A DNA stretch of 64,000 bases from Polaromonas sp. (GTDB lineage: Bacteria; Pseudomonadota; Gammaproteobacteria; Burkholderiales; Burkholderiaceae_C): the NCBI GenBank assembly GCA_030683705.1, contig JAUXPP010000118.1, positions 5,164 through 69,163 on the forward strand, written 5' to 3'. The position numbers and the translations under genes are program-made. The notes under the pieces were generated by a model that worked only from the letters and a program-made list of their open reading frames with translations, was not told the DNA's origin and ran no database searches. Positions within the stretch are counted from its first letter, which is position 1; every line of letters starts with the position of its first letter. This document shows, in pieces, positions 9,704 through 18,559 of this stretch.

Positions 9704-10798
9704 GTGACATCTGTGTATCGGTGCGCCTGTTTTGCCGTTCCCGCCAAGCTGCTCAAAAAACTTGCAGCCCGGGCGGTGGAAGCAGACCGGCATGTGATGC
9801 ACGGGCACATCGAAAGTACAGCGCGTCTTCGCTCGCAGCGAAGCGCCTGGAGCGCGCCGCCACCCTTGCCCACGCTTGTTGCGAGACCCGCGCACAAGAT
9901 GGCTGCGCCGTACCAGCGCGCCGTGTTCGATGCGGGCACATCGATGCAGCTTCCGGGCAAGTCCGCCCGAACCGAAGGCGGCAAGCCGGTCAGGGATGCG
10001 GCAGTCAACCAGGTCTACGACAACACCGGCATCACGCTGGATTTTTTCCTCAAGGTGTTCGGCCGCAACTCGATCGACAACCGCGGAATGCGCGTGACCT
10101 CGGCGGTGCATTTCGGAAAAAATTTCAGCAATGCCATGTGGACCGGCGAGCAGATGGTTTACGGGGACGGTGACCAGAACGTGGGCGGATTCACCCAGGC
10201 GCTCGACATCATTGCCCACGAGCTCACACATGGCGTGACCCAGCACATCGTGCCGGGCGGTCTGGGGGTGGTCCGGGTGCCGGTCAGGGACCGGGAGTTC
10301 AAGGAGCAGACCCATGCGCTCCAGGGGCAGAGCGGCGCGCTCAACGAGTCTTTCTCCGATGTCGTCGGCAGCATGGTCAAGCAGTGGCATGCGGGCGAGG
10401 ACGTGACCCGGGCCAGCTGGCTGCTGGGTGAGCACATGCTGGCGCCGGAGCATGGCAAGGCGATACGTTCGCTCAAGGACCCGGGGAACCGCAGGCTGAC
10501 CTGGTATGAGGACGATCAGTTCAAGAGCATGGATCAGTATGTCGAAGGCGCCGATGTTCATGACAGCTCCGGCATTCCCAACCACGCGTTTTATCTGGCT
10601 GCAAGGAAAATCGGCGGGTTTTCCTGGGAAGGCGCCGGCCCGATCTGGTACGCGGCTTTTCCCTTGCTGTCGCCCAGGGCGGGGTTTGAGGACGCCGCAA
10701 AAGCGACGCTTCAGGCCGCCTCGGCGCGTCATGGAGTTAAGTCAAAAGAGTACAGTGCCGTCCACGACGCATGGCGGGCCGTCAAAGTGCTGCCCTGA
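9704..10798 (+). CDS. M4 family zinc metalloprotease, protealysin-like, no signal peptide
   Basis: HELTH, GALNESFSD, NAMWTG, VH..SGIPNHAFY; short propeptide CACFAVPAKLL. GTG start follows AAAGGA RBS (ORF caller start 9647). Confidence 0.9.
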   Translation: MTSVYRCACFAVPAKLLKKLAARAVEADRHVMHGHIESTARLRSQRSAWSAPPPLPTLVARPAHKMAAPYQRAVFDAGTSMQLPGKSARTEGGKPVRDAAVNQVYDNTGITLDFFLKVFGRNSIDNRGMRVTSAVHFGKNFSNAMWTGEQMVYGDGDQNVGGFTQALDIIAHELTHGVTQHIVPGGLGVVRVPVRDREFKEQTHALQGQSGALNESFSDVVGSMVKQWHAGEDVTRASWLLGEHMLAPEHGKAIRSLKDPGNRRLTWYEDDQFKSMDQYVEGADVHDSSGIPNHAFYLAARKIGGFSWEGAGPIWYAAFPLLSPRAGFEDAAKATLQAASARHGVKSKEYSAVHDAWRAVKVLP

Positions 10799-10885
10799 GC
10801 CGTTCGCAATCCCTTGCTTTGTTTCAGGCAGCGTGCAAGCATCCAGATTGCCAAAGTCGCCATTGCCCCGAGTACCCACCCCAAG

Positions 10886-13800
10886 ATGCCCTTGCGTTGC
10901 CCTTCCTGCCTGAGCACCAATCCGGACGCTAACCGATTCTGCGGTCAATGCGGCACCCTCCTCCATGCGGGTGGCGAGCTGGCCAGCCCGGTGTCGCAGT
11001 CAAGCGGACTGGAAGTCCAGTGGGGCGCGCTCAAGCAGGCGACGATCCTGTTCGCCGATATCGTCAGTTCCACGGAGCATGTCGCCGGCCTCGATCCTGA
11101 GGAGGCCATGGAGCAACTGCGCCCGGCAGTGCAGCGCATGTGCAATGCAGTCGAGCGCTTTGGCGGGACGGTGGTACGGACTCTGGGTGATGGCGTCATG
11201 GCCTTGTTTGGCGTTCCCAAGGCGCTAGAGGGCCACGCCAGCCTGGCTTGCGAGGCCGCCATTGCCATGCAGGCGGCGTTCGAAGGCCATGGCCAGGGCT
11301 TGCGCATCCGGGTCGGCCTGCATTCCGGCCAGGTGGCGCTTGATCCCGAGGCCGCCGATGCCACGAAGGGTGGTGGCGTGCACGGTCATGCCATCCACCT
11401 GGCCAGCCGCGTGGTGGGTGTTGCTGAGCCGGGTGGTATTTGCCTGACGGCCGACTGCCTGGCGCTGGTCCGCTCGGTCTGTGACGTCAGGCCGATGGGC
11501 CCTCATGTGCTCAAGGGCATCAGCGAGCCCGTGGAGATCCATGTCCTGCTCGGCATGACACACGATGTGCACAACGACCATTTCCATGAGGCATCCCTGT
11601 CTGTTTTCAGGGGACGCGCCAGGGAGCTGGAGGTGCTGCAAAAGGCGCTTGCCCGTGCCGAACTTGCGCAAGGTGCGGTGCTGGGCCTGTCGGGTGCGCC
11701 CGGGACGGGCAAGAGCCGGCTTTGCCACGAGTTTGCGCAGTGGTGCCGCGCGAAGCAGATCCCGGTCTTCGAGGTTCGGACGCAGTTGTATGGGCATGCC
11801 ACGCCCCTGCAGCCGGTGCTGATGTTGTTGCGAACCTGTTTTTTTCAGATATCGCCCACACACAAGCCTGCGGCTGCGCGCGAGCGCATTGCGGGCGTCC
11901 TCGCGAAATCCGGCGCCAGCGCGGCCGATGATTTTGCCTTGCTGTGCGAGTTTCTGGGTGTGGCTGAGGAAGGGGGCGTGGCTTGTTCGCTCAATCCCAA
12001 AGCGCGGCGCGCGAGGTTGTTGGGGCTGGTGCATGAACTGGTCAAGCACACCGGAACGCGTCTTTCCGTCATCGTGTTTGAGGACCTGCACTGGCTCGAT
12101 GAGGCCAGCGCCGAGTTCGTCTCTGCCCTGGTGCAGGCGGTAGCCGGTACCCGGCTTTTGCTCTTGCTCAATTACCGCCCCGGTTACCAGGCGCCCTGGG
12201 CGGAGTTGCCGCACTTCCAGGCCATGCATCTGGCCGACCTCGGAACGGACGATGCGCAGGATCTGGTGCGCGAGCGGCTGCGGCACCATCCACACTTGCA
12301 AGGCTTTCTGTCTCTCGTTGTGGAGCGGTCCGCGGGCAATCCATTTTTTGCCGAAGAGCTTGTCAACTCGCTGATCGAAAAAAGCGTCCAATTGAAAATA
12401 TCCGGTGCAGGCGTGCCGGACCTGGCGCCGCTGGTACATGCCCTGCCTGCGACTGTGCAGGCGGTGATCGGCGAACGTATTGACCGGCTCGTTGCCACGC
12501 AACGGACGCTGTTGCACATCTGCGCCGTGATCGGCAAGGAAATTCCGTTGGCGGTGTTGCAGGATGTCGCGGTATACCTTGTCAGCCAGGTGGAGAGCGG
12601 GCTGGACGGGTTGTGCGAGGTGGAGTTGCTTCAGCTGCTGCGGGAGATCGCCGGAGGCCGTCGCTTTGCCTTTCGCCATCCGCTGATTCAGGAGGTGGCC
12701 TACAACACCCAGCTCAAGGCCAGGCGTGCCAATCTGCATGCCGCAGTAGCAGTCGCAATGGAGGCCCACTACAACGCTCAACCCGGTGAGTTTGCCGCGC
12801 TGATTGCCTACCACTATGCCGCCGCGGGGCAGTTCGTACAGGCGGCCGAGCATGAAGCACGGGCTGCCCGGTGGACGGGATCGACCAATTCTGCGCAGGC
12901 CATCAAGCACTGGCGCAGGGTATGGTCGCTGCTCGAGGGGCAGGAGCGCTCGCGCGAGGTCAACAGCCTGCGCGCCCTGGCGGGGGGACGGATCGTCTAC
13001 CTCGGCTGGCGCGAGGGCTTGAAGCCGGATGAGGTCCAGCAGATCATTCATGAGGCGATCGAACTCGCGAGCGAGGTCGACAGCCGGCTGGTCCAGTTGC
13101 TGCTGTTTGCGCAAGGTCGCATTCTGCAATCGGGCGGAGGCGCGGCGGATGACTATGTCGAGTGCGTTCTCAAGGCGCTGGCCCTGACGCCTCCCGGTCA
13201 GGATGCCGGAAGGGTGGCGATGCTCAATGTGGCGCTCAGCCAGGCCTATGCCTGGGCGGGGCTGCTGCATCAGGGACTGGCAGCCAACGATGCCGCGCTG
13301 CGTGCCATTGAGCATATAGATCAGTTTGATCGCGAGTTCATTGACTTCAGTATCGAACAATGGGTGCTGGGCATTCGTGCCCGTTTGCTGATACGGATGA
13401 ACAGGCTGGAGGAGGCACAACAGTGTCTGCAGAAAATGCTTTCTTCCGAGTCTGGCCTGGACGACCCGGTCATCGGACAGATTGCGCATCATCTGTCGGT
13501 GGAACTGGCCTCCTGGTCGCGCAACGCAGACATGGCTGCGGCGCATTCCGCCAGAGTCTCGAAAATTGCGCAGGAGCACAGAAGCCCGTATTCCCGCGTG
13601 TTTGCGCTGTGGTGCATCGGCGTGGCGGAGGTGACCCGGGGCAACCTGGAATCTGCGCACGACAGCTATTCGCAAGCGCTGGAACTGATCGTGGGAACGC
13701 GCGTCGCGGTGGAGTTCGAAACGGAAATACAGACCAGCTTGGCCGAACGCCACTATCAGGCCGGCAACCTCGAGCCGGCCCTGACGATTGCCAGGGATGC

Positions 13801-14017
13801 GGTGGCGCTGTCCCAGCGCCGCAGCAACCGGCTGACGGAATGCCGCGCGCTGATTGTCTGGGCGGGTGTGTTGGGCCGCGCTGGCGACGCAGGAACCAGG
13901 ACACAGGCCCTGGAGTTGCTGGACCGGGCGGAAAAACTGATTCACCAGACCGGTGCCCGGATTTACGAAATGTCCCTGCAGGATGAGCGCGGGCGGCTGT
14001 CGCAGTCTGCAGCCTGA
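10886..14017 (+). CDS. Zinc ribbon + class III cyclase + STAND/AAA ATPase + TPR-like protein
   Basis: CPSC..FCGQCG ribbon; TILFADIV, LGDGVMALFG, RVGLHSG; Walker A GAPGTGKS, Walker B VFEDLHW, GNPFF; FRHPLIQEVAY winged helix; helical C-terminus. Confidence 0.9.
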   Translation: MPLRCPSCLSTNPDANRFCGQCGTLLHAGGELASPVSQSSGLEVQWGALKQATILFADIVSSTEHVAGLDPEEAMEQLRPAVQRMCNAVERFGGTVVRTLGDGVMALFGVPKALEGHASLACEAAIAMQAAFEGHGQGLRIRVGLHSGQVALDPEAADATKGGGVHGHAIHLASRVVGVAEPGGICLTADCLALVRSVCDVRPMGPHVLKGISEPVEIHVLLGMTHDVHNDHFHEASLSVFRGRARELEVLQKALARAELAQGAVLGLSGAPGTGKSRLCHEFAQWCRAKQIPVFEVRTQLYGHATPLQPVLMLLRTCFFQISPTHKPAAARERIAGVLAKSGASAADDFALLCEFLGVAEEGGVACSLNPKARRARLLGLVHELVKHTGTRLSVIVFEDLHWLDEASAEFVSALVQAVAGTRLLLLLNYRPGYQAPWAELPHFQAMHLADLGTDDAQDLVRERLRHHPHLQGFLSLVVERSAGNPFFAEELVNSLIEKSVQLKISGAGVPDLAPLVHALPATVQAVIGERIDRLVATQRTLLHICAVIGKEIPLAVLQDVAVYLVSQVESGLDGLCEVELLQLLREIAGGRRFAFRHPLIQEVAYNTQLKARRANLHAAVAVAMEAHYNAQPGEFAALIAYHYAAAGQFVQAAEHEARAARWTGSTNSAQAIKHWRRVWSLLEGQERSREVNSLRALAGGRIVYLGWREGLKPDEVQQIIHEAIELASEVDSRLVQLLLFAQGRILQSGGGAADDYVECVLKALALTPPGQDAGRVAMLNVALSQAYAWAGLLHQGLAANDAALRAIEHIDQFDREFIDFSIEQWVLGIRARLLIRMNRLEEAQQCLQKMLSSESGLDDPVIGQIAHHLSVELASWSRNADMAAAHSARVSKIAQEHRSPYSRVFALWCIGVAEVTRGNLESAHDSYSQALELIVGTRVAVEFETEIQTSLAERHYQAGNLEPALTIARDAVALSQRRSNRLTECRALIVWAGVLGRAGDAGTRTQALELLDRAEKLIHQTGARIYEMSLQDERGRLSQSAA

Positions 14018-14024
14018 GAGGCCG

Positions 14025-14696
14025 CTACGCCGACCTGACAAGCAGGGTGTACTCCCGCAGGCCGTAGTTTTCGAGCACATCGACACGAGCCGCCAGTTGC
14101 TCCTCACAGAATTGCCGCCATACGCTTGCCGGACAACGGTACAGCTCGGTTTTCCCTTCCACGCCCGCGGCCAGCGGCGCCAGAAAGTTCACGGCAAAGC
14201 CACGGCGGCTGGTGGCGTGCATGTTTGTCAGGGTGGTTTCAATGAAGCGGGTCCAGATTTCGGTGGGCTGATGAAGTTTCACGTTGAAGATGCCGCTGGC
14301 GACCGAATAGTCGGCGACCCTGGGGCTGGTGTGCCCCAAGACAAACCCGGTCTCGCTTCGCTTGGCCCACAGCTGACTTGCCTCGACCAGCATTTCTGGC
14401 GAGAGGTCGATTCCCAGGTAGTCGATCCTGCTGCGCCTGTGCCGTCTTGCCAGATAGGCCAGCAAGGCGCCGTAGCCGCAACCCAGGTCATTGAGTGCAA
14501 AGGGATGGGCAAAGTCGCACAGCCGCAGGAGCTGCACAAAGCGCAATTCCTGCGTCGGCACGCAGGGCCAGTCCACGCCCAGCGGCGTGGGGCCATGCGT
14601 GAGCACCTTCTGGCTGTAGTAGCCTGCGATTTCAGTGTGCAGTCCGTCGAGCAGGCCTTCCCCGGCCGAGGCGCCTGCGGAAACGGCCTGAGTCAC
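14025..14696 (-). CDS. Class I SAM-dependent methyltransferase
   Basis: DLGCGYG motif I, YLGIDLS motif II, DYSVASGIFN; GTG start 4 bp after the upstream gene. Confidence 0.85.
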   Translation of the reverse strand: MTQAVSAGASAGEGLLDGLHTEIAGYYSQKVLTHGPTPLGVDWPCVPTQELRFVQLLRLCDFAHPFALNDLGCGYGALLAYLARRHRRSRIDYLGIDLSPEMLVEASQLWAKRSETGFVLGHTSPRVADYSVASGIFNVKLHQPTEIWTRFIETTLTNMHATSRRGFAVNFLAPLAAGVEGKTELYRCPASVWRQFCEEQLAARVDVLENYGLREYTLLVRSA

Positions 14697-14700
14697 TGGC

Positions 14701-15213
14701 CTACTTCTTGACAGCTTTTTTGGCGCTGGCCTTTTTGACGGCGGAGACCGGCTGCATCGGCAGGGAGATGCTCAGATAGTCCTGCTCCAGGTAATGGATG
14801 GGGCGGGTCTTGGCGGTGATCTTCACCTCGGCGTTCTCCTTCACGCCACGCATGTCGTGGGAAGTGAAGAAAACCGGGAGCGGGGTTTTGGAGGACAGGT
14901 TTTTCATGATGGCGGCCACAATGGCGGCGTCGCCGTTTTGGCCCTTCACGTTCGAGTCGTGTTTGGCCAGGTTGCCAAGCAGGGCTTGCCAGCGGTTTTT
15001 CACTTCGTTGTTACGCGCGCCCAGGTTGAGGACGGCACAACTGGTCTTGAACGAACGGCCTTTCTTGAAGATCTTGAACTCCTTCTGCAGGGCGACCATT
15101 TCGTCGATGCCGCCGAAATGGCTTTCCTTCCCCTGTGATGGCGCGAAACGGAGGTTCAACTCATCCAGCATCGTGCCGATGTAGATGTCGTGTTCTTTCA
15201 TGAAAAAGCCCAT
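14701..15213 (-). CDS. Hypothetical protein with a Lys/Ala-rich C-terminal tail
   Basis: AAGGAGAG RBS, protein-like composition, coupled to the methyltransferase gene; no motif recognised. Confidence 0.75.
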   Translation of the reverse strand: MGFFMKEHDIYIGTMLDELNLRFAPSQGKESHFGGIDEMVALQKEFKIFKKGRSFKTSCAVLNLGARNNEVKNRWQALLGNLAKHDSNVKGQNGDAAIVAAIMKNLSSKTPLPVFFTSHDMRGVKENAEVKITAKTRPIHYLEQDYLSISLPMQPVSAVKKASAKKAVKK

Positions 15214-15453
15214 ATTTCTCTCCTTGAGTCAAAGTTGAAGACGTAAAAAATGCAACGTGATGTTAAGTCGGTGCGAGTGTAGGGCCAAGTGCTCGGTCTG
15301 AAAAGAGCGACGGAAGGCGATGCGAACTTTAGGTTTCGTTCCCGGCGCAAAAAAGGTGCAAGCGCGACAACACCCCCGAGCCTGGCGCTTGCTCCCGTCG
15401 CGTGTGACGCCTGGCCTACCCCGTGAACCCGGTGCGGGGCGTACCGGCCAGCC

Positions 15454-17424
15454 TCACATCCTGTTCAGCAGCCGCCGGGCTTCCTGCGGTGAAGCATCAC
15501 TGGTTCCCCGGAGGCGCACCGTCGCGCCACTGCGCGTTCCGGCTGCACTGACGCCCGGTGTTGCGGGGTTCTCGTCGCTGAAAGCTTCTGCGTCGGGCAC
15601 CTTGACCACCCCGGGACGTTGCCGCCGGCCGGCGTCCGGATCGGGCTTTTGCGGCGAGTAGTGGGCCCAGCGCGGCCCGGTGATCCGCGTGCCGCCCACC
15701 GACACCGTGCGCTGGCCGGTGGCAATGCTGTTGAAGTTGCCGCTGCGCCGGATCGCGCTGGGATTGCCGGGGTGGTCGACAAAGGCGTCCGGGTTGCCGC
15801 TGGTGTCGTACCACTTGTCCTCGAAGTGCGACTGCCGCGCGCCGCTGCGGGTGCCGACCACGACATCGTCCCGCTCCACATAGGCATCGACCGTGACCGG
15901 TTTTTTGCCGGTGTTGATGAGTTCGATCTTCCAGACGCCGCTGGGGGCGGTCGCCGTCTTGCGCTCAAAGCTGAAGGTCGGGGCGACGGCCAGCAGGGCG
16001 CAGGTGCCGCGCCTGCCGGTGGCCACCGTTTCAGGATAGATCAGCGCACACAGGGGTTGCTTGCCGCCGTTGGTCCACATCCGGGACTCGCCAAACTTCA
16101 GCGCCGGCAGGGGCGCGCAGCCCGGCGGGGTCAGCCGGATTTCCAGGCCCTCGCAGCCTTCCTCTATCCACAGCTCCACAAAACTTTGGGTCGAATCATC
16201 AGGTATCGACCGCCAGTGCAGCGTATGGCGCTCACCTTTTGATAGCGTTGTGTTGGCATGGGTGCGCAGCTGGTAACTGTTGCCGGCGGCCAGCACGATC
16301 TGCAGCCGGCCGCCCAGCAGGCCGGTCAACTGGTCCATGGCCGCTTCCAGCAGCGACGTGCCGTCGTGTGGGCCGGCCAGCGTGCCGAAGCTGATGTTCG
16401 CCGTCACCTTCGCGTCGTCGGCGCAGCGCGACAGGATGTACATCAGGCCGTCCAGCACATGCACATTCATGGAGCCGCCGGAGGTGTCGCGCACCGTGTC
16501 GTAGTCGAGCTGGACAGCAATCAGCGGCGCCCGGCTGGCGTCGTCGTTGGCCTCTGCCCAGGACGGCGGTGCGTCGAAGCCCGGCGGAAGATTTCCAAGC
16601 TGGGCCAGCAGCGTGCGCGGCCCGGCGGCCAGGTCCATCACATGGGTGCCGTGGCTCACGGCGGTATCCAGCGCGTGGAAAAAATGCGCGCGCCCGGGCA
16701 TCTTCTTGCCGAGCGTGGAAAGGCCCAGCGCAATATAGACGGCGCTTTCATCCACCACGCCATGGGAGGTGTTGGCCTGGATGGCGGCGTTGATGTCGGC
16801 CGCCGTCAGTTCGTGGCCGTAGCCCAAAGGCGTTGGCGTGTGGCCCGTGCCTTTGGCGTCCTGCCGCCAGAAAAATGCGGTGCGCGCCTTGCCCTGATGC
16901 AGGAAGTTGGCATGCGCCAGCGCCAGGCTGTCGTCGATCAGCGCCAGCACCTTGCCGGACAGCAGGGTCTCGGCTTGCGCCTCGGCCTGGTAGGCGGCGC
17001 CGGTGGAGTGCGGCGGCAGGCTTCCCTTGCCGTGACCGGTCGGGTCGTCGGCGTATTCGGCCGCCGGCAGGCCCAGCTCGACGCGCAGCACCAGCGCATG
17101 CAGCCGGCCGCCGGGCTGGAGGTGTTTGAAAAACGCCGGCCTGACCCGTGCCGTGCAGAACTTCAGGCCGGTGGGCGCGGCCCGGCTGGTGTATACCGGC
17201 GGCACATGCAGCCATTTGCCGGATGCTGCGTCCAGCAGCTGCTGCACGCTGGTACCGGGCTTGAGTTCGATGGCAATCGGCAGCCATGTCGGCCGCCTGT
17301 CGCCGTAGCCGGCGAAGTCGTCAGCTTCCGCCCAGACCAGGTAGGGGTCAAAACCCGCCGTGGCGCCGGGCCGGGCCCAGTCTATGCCCGTGAATTCGCC
17401 CTTGGGCAGTGTGGTCCAGCTCAT
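15454..17424 (-). CDS. S8 (subtilisin-like) serine protease, cytoplasmic, with a beta-rich insertion
   Basis: Asp LIDDSLALAH, His SHGTHVMDLAAG, oxyanion AAGN, Ser RGTSDASP; no signal peptide. Confidence 0.85.
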   Translation of the reverse strand: MSWTTLPKGEFTGIDWARPGATAGFDPYLVWAEADDFAGYGDRRPTWLPIAIELKPGTSVQQLLDAASGKWLHVPPVYTSRAAPTGLKFCTARVRPAFFKHLQPGGRLHALVLRVELGLPAAEYADDPTGHGKGSLPPHSTGAAYQAEAQAETLLSGKVLALIDDSLALAHANFLHQGKARTAFFWRQDAKGTGHTPTPLGYGHELTAADINAAIQANTSHGVVDESAVYIALGLSTLGKKMPGRAHFFHALDTAVSHGTHVMDLAAGPRTLLAQLGNLPPGFDAPPSWAEANDDASRAPLIAVQLDYDTVRDTSGGSMNVHVLDGLMYILSRCADDAKVTANISFGTLAGPHDGTSLLEAAMDQLTGLLGGRLQIVLAAGNSYQLRTHANTTLSKGERHTLHWRSIPDDSTQSFVELWIEEGCEGLEIRLTPPGCAPLPALKFGESRMWTNGGKQPLCALIYPETVATGRRGTCALLAVAPTFSFERKTATAPSGVWKIELINTGKKPVTVDAYVERDDVVVGTRSGARQSHFEDKWYDTSGNPDAFVDHPGNPSAIRRSGNFNSIATGQRTVSVGGTRITGPRWAHYSPQKPDPDAGRRQRPGVVKVPDAEAFSDENPATPGVSAAGTRSGATVRLRGTSDASPQEARRLLNRM

Positions 17425-17430
17425 GGCGGC

Positions 17431-18543
17431 TTACTTGACGGGCTGCCACTCTTTGGCGGCTTTGGTCCACATGAATTCGAGCAGCGGCGAGGCGGCAATG
17501 GCCGCTGCCGTTGACCCGTACTCGTAATAGCCGCTCTTGTTGTCGGTCATGGACACGCGCGGGTCGAAGTCCAGCACCTGGTCTTTGGGACCCTGGAATT
17601 TCGGGCCGTTGAAGCCGCGCTCGTGCACTTTCTGGCCGGTGCAGCGCGCCACAAAAAAATCGGCCAGCGCCGTGCCCAGCAAGCGCCCCACTGCGCTGTC
17701 GACCGGGTAGTGCAGGCCGGCGACGGTGCGATTCACGGCGATACGCGCGGCCAGGCGCTCCAGCTGCTCACGGTATTTGTCGCCGTGCGGAATCAGCGCC
17801 TGCAACACGGCGCAGGTCATATAGGCTTCAGTGGCATGTCCGCTGGGCCAGCTGGCGTGGCCGGGTGTCGGGATCATGGGCTGGATTTGTGGCGACAGGT
17901 CGACCGGCCGGGGGCAGGCAAAAGCGTGTTTGAAACGCATCTCGACATGGATGGCCAGCGACATTGCCAGGTCCAGCAGTTCCAGCGTGTATTTGTGGCG
18001 GTGTGCAGTCAGCCCCACGATGGATGCCCAGAATGCCGCGCCACCCCCCGTCTGCGCCAGGACTTCTGCACCGCGGTCTTCGCGCAGTTCCGCATAGTTG
18101 GCGACCAGGTCCAGTTGCTGCTTGAAGATTTTTTCACCGGGGCGGAGCAGGCGGGTCAGCGTCACATCCTTGAGCGGCTTTTTGTCCAAGTTGACAAAGC
18201 CGAGGCTGACCGATTTTTTGCCCTGATTGACGTCGAAGCATAGGCCGGACAGCATTTCCAGCGAGCAGACGGCCATGCGTGGGCCGGCGGCCCATTCCGC
18301 AAGGCGATCGGGCTTGTCCAAGGGGGTGGGCAGGGTGAAGGGCACGACGGCGCCTGCAAATGGGCCTACCAGCGCCCCTCGACTGTTGTTTAAAGCTTCG
18401 ACCACAAGAGGGTCGGGCGCTGCGGCGTATCCAGCGTACCCCGCATAACCAGCATAGCCCGCGTACCCTGCATATCCCGCGTACCCTGCGTATCCAGCGT
18501 ACCCCGCATAACCGGCATAACCTGCATAACCCGCCATAGTCAT
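17431..18543 (-). CDS. PAP2 / vanadium-haloperoxidase superfamily enzyme with an N-terminal (AGY)x12 repeat
   Basis: K-x6-RP (KHAFACPRP), PSGH (PGHASWPSGHAT), R-x5-H-x3-D (RTVAGLHYPVD); GGAG RBS before the ATG. Confidence 0.88.
   Translation of the reverse strand: MTMAGYAGYAGYAGYAGYAGYAGYAGYAGYAGYAGYAGYAAAPDPLVVEALNNSRGALVGPFAGAVVPFTLPTPLDKPDRLAEWAAGPRMAVCSLEMLSGLCFDVNQGKKSVSLGFVNLDKKPLKDVTLTRLLRPGEKIFKQQLDLVANYAELREDRGAEVLAQTGGGAAFWASIVGLTAHRHKYTLELLDLAMSLAIHVEMRFKHAFACPRPVDLSPQIQPMIPTPGHASWPSGHATEAYMTCAVLQALIPHGDKYREQLERLAARIAVNRTVAGLHYPVDSAVGRLLGTALADFFVARCTGQKVHERGFNGPKFQGPKDQVLDFDPRVSMTDNKSGYYEYGSTAAAIAASPLLEFMWTKAAKEWQPVK
18427..18534 (-). repeat. Coding tandem repeat, 12 x 9 bp, encoding (Ala-Gly-Tyr)12
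   Basis: Twelve GCN-GGN-TAY units; 9 different 9-mers; all differences at third codon positions. Confidence 0.97.
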
Positions 18544-18559
18544 TTACTCCAAGTGTGTT

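Noticed and set aside
18427-18534. Tandem repeat as a CRISPR array or phase-variation microsatellite
   Set aside because: 9-bp unit with no spacers, no cas genes, unit is a multiple of three and varies only at wobble positions.
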